This document shows, one piece after another, positions 12,201-24,200 of a stretch of DNA of 64,000 nt; within the stretch, counting starts at the first letter, position 1; each line of letters opens with the position of its first letter. Origin of the DNA: Ginglymostoma cirratum (Eukaryota); NCBI GenBank assembly GCA_024137785.1, contig JAHRHZ010000017.1:44361983-44425982 (forward strand). Direction: 5' to 3'. Both the position numbers and the translations under genes were made by a program. The notes beneath the pieces were generated by a model. That model was not told the origin of the DNA. It ran no database searches and saw only the letters and a list, made by a program, of their open reading frames with translations.

Positions 12201-15200
12201 TACCAGTGCAAGCTAGACAGACTTCCAGCTTTGTTTTAAATGCACACAAATTTGGCCTTTTCAATCCAAGCAGGGGCTGTATTCCTGCATAGTGAACCGT
12301 AGAGACTTCCAGCCTCTAGCTGCTCTGTCTCCTGGGCCCTAGCAAGCAAACCTGCCTGTGATATTCAGTGATATCTTAGCAAAGCCCGCAACCTATTTTC
12401 CCAGTAGCTTTCTGTATATCTTTTTCATTGCAAAGGAAAGCACTATGGCAGCATGAATCTCCTTGTATTCAGGTAGCAATGCTGATTAGCTGTCCATGAG
12501 AGCCCACCCTTATCATTTTGGATTTATTTGGACTGCTTAAGAACAATTATGTAAAATCCAACATTCTGAAAGCTTGGAGACTTGTGGTCTATCTGCTGTT
12601 AGCACACAGACTGCTGTCATTGTCTCCTAAAGCAAACACTTTGACCTTCTTCCCAGTTTCAAAAAATACTTTTTCTTAGTCTCTAATAGTCAGACCACAC
12701 AGGCCTGCTATTAGGCAGACTTCAACCAAGTTTATTCTACCATTAGTTAAAAATACAGCACTAAAACATCTTTAAACATCTCAAAAACCTCATATTTGTA
12801 ACAGAGTAGACATAAGAATGTCCGAGATAACAAGGTGTGGAGCTGGATGAACACAGCAGGCCAAGCAGCATCACAGGAGCAGGAAAGCTTGACGATTCGG
12901 GCCTAGACCCTTCATCAGAAATGGGGGAGGGGAAGAGGGTTCTGAAATAAATAGGGAGAGAGGGGGAGGCGGATAGAAGATGGATAGAGGAGAGGATAGG
13001 TGGAGAGGAGGCAGACAAGTCAAAGAGGCAGAGATGGAGCCAGTAAAGGTGAGTGTAGGTAGGGGGGTAGGGAGGAGATAGGTCAGTCCAGGGAGGACGG
13101 ACAGGTCAAGGGGGCGGGAGGAGGTTAGTAGATAGGAGATGGGGGTGGGGCTTGAGGTGGGAGGAGGGGATAGGTGAGAGGAAGAACAGGTTAGGGAGGC
13201 GGGGACGAGCTGGGCTGGTTTTGGGATGCGGTTGGGGGAGGGGAGATTTTGAAGCTTGTGAAATCCACATTGATACCATTGGGCTGCAGGGTTCCCAGGC
13301 TGAATATGATTTGCTGTTCATGCAGCCTTCGGGTGGCATCATTGTGGCATTGCAGGAGGGCCAGGATGGACATGTCGTCTGAGGAATGGGAGCGGGAGTT
13401 GAAATGGTTCGCGACTGGGAGGTGCAGTTGTTTGTTGCGAACTGAGCGCAGGTGTTCTGCAAAGCGGTCCCCAAGCCTCCACTTGGTTTCCCCGATGTAG
13501 AGGAGGACCACATTGGTAGATGTGCAGGTGAACATCTGCTTGATGTGGAAAGTCTGATTGGGGCCTGGGATTGGGGTGAGGGAGGAGGTGTGGGGGCAGG
13601 TGTAGCACTTCCTGTGGTTGCAGGGAAAAGTGCTGGGTGCGGTGGGGCTGGAGGGGAATGTGGAGCGGACAAGGGAGTCACGGAGGGAGTGGTCCCTCCG
13701 GAAAGCAGACAAGGGTAGGGAGGGAAAAATGTCTTTGGTGGTGGGGTCGGATTGCAGATGGTGGAAGTGTCGGAGGATGATGCGTTGGATCCGGAGGTTG
13801 GTGGGGTGGTACGTGAGGATGAGGGGGATTTTTTTTGGTTGTTATTGCGGGGACGAGGTGTGAGGGATGTGTTGCGGGAAATGCGGGAGACATGGTCGAG
13901 GGCGTTCTCGACCACTGTGGGGGAGATGTTGCCATCCTTGAAGAATGAGGACGTCTGAGATGTACGGGAGTGGAATGCCTCATCCTGGGAGCAGATGCGG
14001 CGGAGGCGAAGGAATTGGGAATAGGGGATGGCATTTTTACAGGAGGGTGGGTGGGAGGAGGTGTATTCCAGGTAGCTGTGGGAGTCAGTGGGCTTGAAAT
14101 GGACATCGGTTTCTAGGTGGTTACCCGAGATGTAGACAGAGAGATCCAGGAAGGAGAGAGAAGTGCTAGAGATGGTCCAGGTGAACTTCAGGTTGGGGTG
14201 GAAGGTGTTGGTAAAGTGGATGAATTGTTCGAGCTCCTCGTGGGAGCACGAGGCGGCGCTGATACAGTCATCAATGTAACGGAGGAAGAGATGGGGTTTA
14301 GGGCCAGTGTAGGTGTGTCCACTTGCAGGGAACAGGAAAACTAGAAACTTTAAATAAAGGATAATCCCCAAGAAATCAATACGGTATTTAAAAGAAACTC
14401 TAATAATGATATGGAGTTTACTACCAAAGAGAATAGTTGAGATGAATGATAAAGATGGCTTTAAGGGAAAACCAGATAATTATAAGGGAGAAGGAAAGAG
14501 GGTTGTGCCTATAGCATTAGATGAAACAGGATGGGAGGAAGCTCAAGTGGAGCAAAAATGTTGTCGTGGGCTGAATCTGGCAAAATAAAGGTTTTCAATG
14601 TTATATTCCAATGGAGACCACCTACTGAAATAGACTTGTGTAACTTGTGCTCTTATCTTAATTTATCCTCGCTGGGCTAGTACTAAGTTTTTTTTTGATT
14701 CCATCATCTGCACAAAAGTTCTAGAGGGCCATTTGTTATACCTGTTAAGTGCAGGATGATCTCAGTAAATTGATTCAACCATATCTTTTAACACTTTTCT
14801 CATGAAAGTGTTACATATTATCCCTCTGTTTCATCTCCGTTTCCCAAGTGACCTCTAATTACAAATTGATCAGTTAGTCAATATTATAGGCTATTTTTCT
14901 GTGAGTTTGCTCATTTTAAGTGATGAATTAACAGTCAAAATTAACTTACTTAGGACCCTTCTCCCTGCTGCAGATATTTTACCCATCTGTCCAGCTTACA
15001 TTTGGACTGTGACCCAAGTGTTGTACTTCATTTTACCACATAGTCTTGTTATAAAACGGGTGTTAGGTGTAGGCGCTGCAGATATTGGCCAACAGAACAG
15101 CAATTTTAAAAAAAACTTCAGAACTACATTAAAATAAAAACTGTGAACTTTGCTTAAAGCTGACTTTTCTTTTGAGACCAGGTCAAGAATTCATCGTTCT

Positions 15201-18200
15201 AGTGCTGTCAGTGTTTGTCTGTTGGTGATCACCTTTGCACTTATGTACTCCTGGTTCTTCATTAATGAGAAACATGTAAGTTGATAAAGAATATGAGTTT
15301 TGAAATTATTCTCTGTAAACTTAACAGAGTTTAATGTAATCAGATAAATTTATTTTGTTCACCATTTTGGTGTATTGTTTGTATGATTCTGATAGAATAT
15401 GCATCAAGCATTCAAACTCCAGTATTAGACAACTTATTCAATTTGAATATTTATAAAAAAGTTCAACCTTGTCTTGGAATTAGTCCAAAATATAATAGCC
15501 AATTAATTTAAAAACCATATTACATTATGTGTTGTCAAAATAATATTATTTTATTAATCCATAATTTAGACTTTATGTAAACAAATTATTATTGTGATAT
15601 ATTTTGGAGTGAGATGTTCTGGGAATCCTTAACATTGACTGTGGATTCCATGAAATTTTATGGGATCAGAACAAATATGGCAGAGAAACATCAAAATGAT
15701 CAATCTTCACCCACAAATCTCGGCTTCTGCTCAAACTGGCCAAGTCTTGAAAAATATATCTGCTGTAATGGCAAGTGCAAGTTTATGAGGGTACCTGCAC
15801 AAGAGAAATTCTATTTGTCTTCATCCTTATCTGTTTACCTGCCACAAGTACATTTGTCCTTGACTGTAGTGGTTGGAGTGACCATTTGAACTTCTCCTGA
15901 GTTCCCAACCATCACCGATGTCTGTTTTCAGCTAATTCAGTTTACTCCACATGAGATCAATAAATGGCTGAAGACGCTGGATTCAGCAAAGACTATGGGC
16001 TCGACAACATCACGGTTATGGCACTGAAATGTGACAAAGAATTAACCATGCTCCTAGCCAAGTTGTCCTAATACATCCAAAACACTAGCACCTATCCAAA
16101 AATAAGAGAATTTTCATAGTTATGCCCGACTCACAAAAAAGCAGGACAAATCCAATCTGACCAATGTCCTCCCCAATAGTCTACATTCAAGCATCAACAA
16201 AGTGATAAAAGATGCTGTCAACAGTGCTCTCAAATAGCATTTGCATGGCATCTATTCACTGATAAAAGCCGAAAGAACTGCGGATGCTGTAAATCAGGAA
16301 CAAAAACAAAGTTGCTGGAAAAGCTCAGCAGCTTCTGTGAAGGAAAGAAACAGAGTTAACATTAATGTTTCAGGTCCTGTGACCCTTCCTCAGAACTTCT
16401 TCTAGTTCTGAGGAAGCGTCACTGGACCCGAAACATTAACTCTGTTTTTTCCTTCACAGATGCTGCCAGACCTACTGATCTGCTCACTGATGTTGCATTT
16501 GGAGTCCACCAGCATATTCTGCTTCAGGAATAATACAGCCTTGGTCCAAGTGTGGACAAAAGAGCTGAATCCAAGAAGTGAGGTGAGAATGCTCTCCCTT
16601 AACATCAAAGCAGCATTTGAATGATTGTGGCATAAAGGAGTCCAAACTTAAAGTCAATGAGAATGGGGATATAACATCTCCACTGGTTAGAGTTATACCG
16701 AGCATAAGGGAAATGGATGTGGTTGTTGAAGGTCAGTCAAAGAAGCCTCAGAATATTTTCCCAAAGCCTTGTCCACCGTGTACAGTACAGGTGAGAAGTG
16801 TGATTGGATGTTGTCCATTTGCTGGATGTGTGCAGCTCCAACAACAGTCTGAGCTTGATAAGATCCAAGACAAAGCAATCTGTTTGTTTGGTGCTCCATT
16901 CAAATATTCAATGGCTTCACACAGGTGCATTATGGTTGCCACATGAATTATTGATAATATGCATTGCAGCTGTTCACCAAGACTTCTTCAACAGTGCCTT
17001 CCAAACTTGACATCTCTACCACTTAGAAGAGTGAGCAGTGTGAGGGTACTGTGCCTTTCGGAGAGATTTGCCCAGTGCTGTTTCTCTGCAGAGAGGTGTT
17101 GCCAGTGGTGAAAGAATGTCTGCTTCAGAAGTGGTGGGTAAACAGCTTTGAGCACCCTGAGTATGTTATAAAATTAGATAAAAGAAATACGAGTTAATGG
17201 GGTCAGGGCTGTCAGACCACGGAAGGCTTTAAATTTGATTTTCAGTTAGTGAGAAGGCTTCTGCTGACTGCTGAGCGAAAAGTTTGAGTTCCCAGCTGCT
17301 GGTGTGAAGTCTTATAGAGTGAGGCTTCTTCTTAAAAACCAATAAGGGGCATAGTATTTCTTTCTTCTGGTGTGGATGAGATAACGTGAGGAAAATCTGT
17401 TTTGCTGAATTTGCTTTTGCCAACGGTATGTTTACAAAATGCTGCTATTTTGGAACAGTTGATGATTAGTAGTTAAATAATATATTGTTTTATTGAGAAT
17501 TCAATAGAGTTAAAGTTATAGAGTCACAGAGTCATGCTGGATGGAAACAGGCCCTTCAATCCAACTCGTCCATGCCAACCAGGTTTCCCAAACTAAACTA
17601 GTCCCATTTGCCTGTGTTTAGCCCATATCCATCTAAGCCTTTCCTATTCACGTACCTATCCAAATGTCTTTTAAATGTTGTAACTGTACCTGCAATTACT
17701 GCTTCCATATACGCACCATCCTCTGTGTGAGAAAGGTACCCCACAGGTCCCTTTTCAATCCATCCCCTCTCACCTTAAAATTATGCAAGTTAAATTGTCC
17801 TGAAGAACTTGCGGATGCTGCAGAGGCAGTGCCATTGGAAGTGCTTTAAGTTCCACTGATAGGACTGCATCACAAATGCTGAAGTTCTGGAAATAGCCAA
17901 CGTCACCAGCATCAAGGCCATCCTCCGGCAAAGCCAAATGAGTTGGCCAAGTCATGTTGCACAAAACGATGATAGTCATCCATCCAAAATTGTTGTATGG
18001 AGGGCTCACCACTATTGAAAGGAACAGCAGGGCCACATGCAAATGTTTCAAGGAGGCCATGAAGAAGTCCCTCCCTGTACGTCAAATTGACAATCGCCAG
18101 TGGGACAGGCACCCTTTAGGTCATGTTGCCTAGAGATTCAACTTCAGAAATGCTACAGGCACCTTTGAGACTGGGCAAGGAGCCAGCATGAAAGAGGAAA

Positions 18201-21200
18201 GGAGAATGATAGATTCAATTTTCCTGGGCAGTGACTCTATTTATGCCAATTTTTTTGGTTTGTATTTCAACTGTGTTTTTAAAATACTGTGTTTTGCTTA
18301 AAGCCTGGTAGTGTAACCAATCAAATTACATCTGGAACACAGCACCTTACACTCACCTGTAAATAAAGTCTAGCCAACTCTTTGATACAATTTTTGAGGG
18401 TGTTTGGTCTGGCCCTTAACAACAGACTCATCAGAACACCACTACCTGCAAACCAGGCACCATGCTGACTTGAAACTAAGTTGGCATTCTTTCAGTCCTT
18501 CTGGGTCAAAATCCTGGAAGTCTCTTTGAAACAACACTATCGATGTACAGATACAATACATATGACAGCCGTTCAAGAAGGTCACCATTTTCAAAACAGC
18601 AGGTAGAAATAAACACTAACTTTGCTGGTGACCCCACATGTCACGATCAAATAAAATAAAAATGAGGTTAATGTTGTTTATTGGTAGTCTCCTTGGACAT
18701 GGAAATCATCGCAAGTTCCAAATTTTGATCAGGATATACGATTTCCACTGAAGGCCGCAGAGCAGCTTCCTTGCTTAACTTTCATCTCATGTGGCATTGA
18801 TACTAACTCCAACAGCAAAACCTGGGAGAGTGAACTTAGCACAGATGAAGGAGGGAATCTCAAAATTATTGCACCTGACACTTCAGTATCAAAAAACAGG
18901 GTGCCTTTACCACAGAGCCCTAATGTGCAGATGGTTACAGAGTGATAATATCGCTGGACTAGGAAGGCTGAAGGCTAATGTTCTGGGGATTTGATTTCAT
19001 ATCCCACCATGGCTGATTGTGGAATTTAAATTCAATTAATTAAATTTGGAATACAAATACACTTGATAGTACAGCGCTTGAGTGTTGCTAAGAAAAGAGA
19101 TACATTGGCTGAATTTTACCAGAAATCAGCTAAGCAGTTTTGGCAAATTTCATCAAGTGTTTCTGTGAGCTATAGCAAGTTTGCTCATGCTATCATCCAA
19201 ACTAGTTTCACTACCTATGCTGCACACCCCTGTAACACCCACTAGTTTTATTCTTCCACACACCACAAGCAGAACGCAGGCCACAACGAGGACTTCCTGG
19301 GATTCCTGGTATCACTATCATCTTTAGAGCCCGACTACGCACCTGGTCAAGTGCTGGAAGTCTGCTGCTGCCTTCAACAATTACTATCAATTGCCCCAGA
19401 AATGTTGGACAGAGGGCAATTGCTTTGCTAATTTGGACCTGGAGATCCTGGTGGCTGGGTGCTATTCTCTGTACATGTTGTGTGTGCCTAACATATTGAT
19501 GACTAGTGTCCAAGATGGAGAGCTGAAGAAGCTAAAGGTGAGCTGAAGTCACCAGGTAATCACTCTGACTTTCATGTCAGGAGTTGTCACTATCTAGTTT
19601 CTACTGAGTAGGTGGAAGATTAGGAAGCTGCCATCAATCAACGAGGAATAACATAATGATGAGGATTTGGTGCATGCTGAACATGCAAACAGGCTTTTCA
19701 CCGCTCACTAGCAAAAATCATGTCTTGTCGTTCAACACTTGCAAAATGGGACTTTTTGTTCTCAATGTTAGCAATCTCATTCCTACCAAGCTTACATGTT
19801 TCTCCCAGTTTTCTTGTCATTACCCACAGTCTTCACTGGCTGGGAAGATTCTGTCCATTTTGTCTAAGCTCTTTGTTTTCCATTTACTTTGATATTCCTT
19901 GTGAATCGTCCTAATCAGTGCAAAACTCTGTTCACAATAAGAAGATAACAAGGTGTGGAGCTGGATGAACACAGCAGGCCAAGCAGCATCATAGGAGCAG
20001 GAAAGCTTGACGTTTCGGGCCTAGACCCTTCACCAGAAATAAGACGAGACTGCTAACTGGCAAGTGAACTCTGGGAGAGGTGTTGCATCACTTCATGATG
20101 ACTGAGACGTAAACTGCATAAGTGTTGTTTAAATTTTAAGTACACATGCTGACTCTGTTTGCTTAGGCATTGCCTGAGAAATGAACCAGACTGTGATTTA
20201 TTTTGTCGAGTTGAATCAAGCACTGTGTGTGTGTGTATATTCTTTCTGTCTGCAAAAAAGTGGCCTACATGTTATTATATGTAGCTTCAACTCAGATAAA
20301 AATGCCGCACTGTAAACCGAACTGATAATCCTAAATTGGTTGTTAGTGTAATTTTTCACAATCTCAGATTTACTTTGAAAATTTTATTCTCTGGAACAGG
20401 TGGAGCTTGATCCCAAGTCATTTGTCCCAGAGGTAGGGACACTGTGCCACAAGACCCTTCCCTTAGTCAGTCATATCTACATGGGAATTGTGCATAACTT
20501 GGGCATTGTGTCAGGTATATCACAATCTCAAAGACTGCCTCAGTTCCAGGTCAGAGTGTGCTTAGTGATGCTCCAGTAATGATCTCCTTAAATACGGTCA
20601 TGAGGAAATAATCTCCAGGACTCCCTTGGAGTTAAGTCTAGCCTCTGAATAGGGTTGCCAGAATCCTAAACTGTGTAGAATAACAGGCCAATTGGTGTAA
20701 TCATTAGGATTTCAGAGGCTGCAATTTCTGCAACAGTTACTTTTAATGGAGACACCTGTCTCCACATAGTGGATACCATGTCATGCTGAGACCTGAGAAT
20801 TGTCATTTCCTGCTGGCAAATTAATTGAAAAGGCTTTAATGTATTGAACTTCAGCCCTCCTGCTGTGCAGCTGAATTGCTGGGCTTTTGCCACAGCAGGT
20901 AATCTGTGTGTAGGATGGAAAATTTCAGCCTATTTGCAGAACAGAGATGGATTGCCACGTAGGCTACTTAAGGCAAGCTACTTTTTCTGGATCAGTATCT
21001 GTTACCACTTGTAGCCCACCCTGGGAGAAACACAGGTGAGAACATGTGGTCAGTCTGTTCCAACACAATTTTGAGATTTCATTTCTTCCCTTACTCCAAA
21101 GCTGCCATCACAGGTAGGAAAAGTTCAACCCTAGATTTCTGACTTACTACTGTTCAAGAGCAAAAAGAAATAGAATAGAATAGAAATTTATTGCCGCATG

Positions 21201-24200
21201 TACATATACATGAAAAATACAGTGAAAGGTTTTATGAGTTGCCTCACCACAGCACCTACGTCAATGACAGAAGTCATAGATAATTTTTTAAAGAGTAAAA
21301 TTAGGACAAAGTTCATCAAGATTCAGTAGAATCACAGCAATAATAAATTCTTAACAAAAGATTGATTTCTGTTTGAACATTTATAACTGCAGCTTATAGA
21401 TCCAGGAAAAGTGCAGACTGTATTGGAGTCCTCTGTTGGCTATGCTGTAACCGCCTTGCAGCTTCTGGCAGCATTTTGGTTTTTGTGTTCAACATACAAA
21501 ATCGTACAACATCACCCTGAGAAACGGCCATTTTATCATCTCTTCTTTCCTGCATTTGCTTTATGGTGAGTCTGCTCGTAAGCATATTTGCAAGCAATTA
21601 AAAGGTTGCTATTTTATTGATAAAGGCAGTCAAGGGGAGCCCAGCGTCATTGTAGACCGATTATGTACCAGTGGCAAACTATGTGACCTCCTGATATTTT
21701 CCTGACACAAATTATATCATGTACTTGCTTTATAAGTGGAGTCAATATTGGAGATTGAAGCTGGTTCCCACTGTTTCTGTATGTAATTGTCAGAAGTCAC
21801 ATGACACCAGGTTGTAGTCCAACAGGTTTATTTGAAATCACAAGCTTCAGAGATGCAGCTTACTGAAAGCTTGTGATTTCAAATAAACCTGTTGGACTAT
21901 AACCTGGTGTCATGTGACTTCTGACCTTGTCCACCTCAGTCCAACACTGGCATCTCCACATCATGTATGTAATTGTGTGATGGCATATCTAACTATATGC
22001 TAGAAAAGAAGACTGCAAAATATTGCTTTGGAGAAGCTGGAACTCTTCTTCATAGAAAAGAGTAAGAGATTTGATGGAGTTATTCAAAATCATGAGGTGT
22101 ATGGACAGGGTAGATTGGGAGAAACTGTTCCACTTAGTGGAAAGTTAGAGGGCCAGAGGCCATCAATTTAAGGGGAATTGACAAAAGATAGAACTGCAAC
22201 ATAAGGAAAAGCCACTTTAATGCATCAAGTGATTTGGCTCTGGAATACACAGCTTGGGAGTGTGTTCGGGCAGATTGAATTGAGGCTTCAAAAAGGAATT
22301 GAATAATTAATTGATGAGAAAATGATGCATGGGAGGAGGGGAGAAAGGGGAAGGGGAATAGGTCTTGGGACATTGCTCTTCTGGGGAGCTGGTCCGGACA
22401 CAGTTAGCAGAATTCCTCCCATTGAGTTGTGACCAGTCTATAATAAATGCAAGTAGTCCATGTATTTTGTTCATCTTGCTAAAGGTTTTTATGAGGTTCA
22501 TCATGACTCCTTTCCTGAGAATTCTCTGTCTAGTTATAAAGTATTTTGAATTATGATATTTGATCAGACCTCTGAGGGTAAATTCTGATTTGCATTTTGC
22601 CTTGACAGGTTTTTTGCAGTGCCTATTAGTAGCCTTTTTGGAGAATTTATAATTGTAAACTGGAAACGTGAACGTATCATGAACACAGTCTCACTATTTT
22701 TGAAATTCTATGTCTATGTTGTTATGTTGGTAGGTATTCTTGGTGCTTAGTAGAAATAATGAGTTCTACAGTAACAATATCTGCTTGGAAGTATAGGTTT
22801 GTTTGAAAAATAAGTAATAACTAATAAGGCAGAACAAACAATACTAAAAACATTTCAAGGAAATTAATCATTAAAGAAGTCAAAGCAGATAGTGGGAAAA
22901 ACCAGAAAGGTCCTTTTTGAAATTGGGATAAACCTGGAGGGGGACAACACACAGTAAGTTAATAAACTTAATCACTGAAAATAAGATTTGGAAAGAGACG
23001 TATCCTCAACACACCTAGGCATGAAAATAACATGTTAATTACAGGGAAACACTGGAACTATCCAATCGATAAGAGGTGGCAAAAACCCTTATCAGGTTAT
23101 TATAATTACATACCAGGATCAGGCAACACTCAAAATCAGAAAAATGAAATATCGTCTTTACTGACATTCCTTTCATGAAGGATTCTTTTGAGATTGAAAG
23201 ATTGTGTGAGAGATGAAAGGAATATCCATACAATATTATGAAGCATCACAAGCAAATTGACTAGATAAAAGCTCACAAAGGAACCTTCACAAAATAATTA
23301 AGGAATAATATTAAAGGGTACAACATCACATCAAAGAGGGCGAAATCTATAAAGAGGTTTACCCCCATCATTTACAAAGCAGAAAGGATTGGAACAATAT
23401 GAAAGGAAGACTATTCAGAAATATTAGGTACCCTCATAATACTTCTGAAAAGTTATTTTCTCCCAGCAAAAGAAGTATTTTACTTGCTCAGAACTTTAAA
23501 TATGTTGATGGATGTTCTTTTCCTGATGTTGTTAGATATTTCTATCTGTTCTTAAATATTGTTGAGTAGTTATAAGTCACATCAAACTGGATTTTATTCA
23601 ATCTGGTATAAAATCCTTTGATAATTTGCCATAGTGGTGTACCTATCTAGTTAAAGTGTTAATTTCTGTAAATAAAGTTATAAAATAAATAAATCATCTC
23701 AAGGTTTCCTGTTACAACTGAAATGGATGCTACTCTCTGTAGACTTCTTGGGTTTGGGGGTTGCTTAGGTCATTTGGCCAGACAGCTGGTTTGCGATGCA
23801 GAATGATGCCAACAGTACATGTTCAATTCCCATACCAGCTCAAGGTCCCATCCTGTCAACTTTTCACTTTGCCTGAGGCATGGTGACCCTGAGATGAAAC
23901 CATTACTATCATCTCTCTCTAATGAGCGAGCAGGCTGTGATCCTCTGGGACTCTGGTGACTTTATTGTTTTTTTACATACCTCTTAAGTGGGAGGTATAT
24001 ATTTTGGAGAGAGTAATCTCACACGTTTAAAATATTTGGCATGTTTATAGTGTAGCTATGGCTTAATTGAAGTTACCAGATTATTTGAAGGAAGATAACA
24101 CTCTACTATCCAAAATTAAGTGTTTTGTGGGATTGACTAGCTTGAACTCAGCAGACTGAAGTTACAAGGGAAAGACTCCTAACCTAAATTAGCTCCAAGT

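Noticed and set aside
22830-23450. A-rich stretch that may be a very old retroelement remnant
   Set aside because: No motif could be read with enough confidence to assign it.
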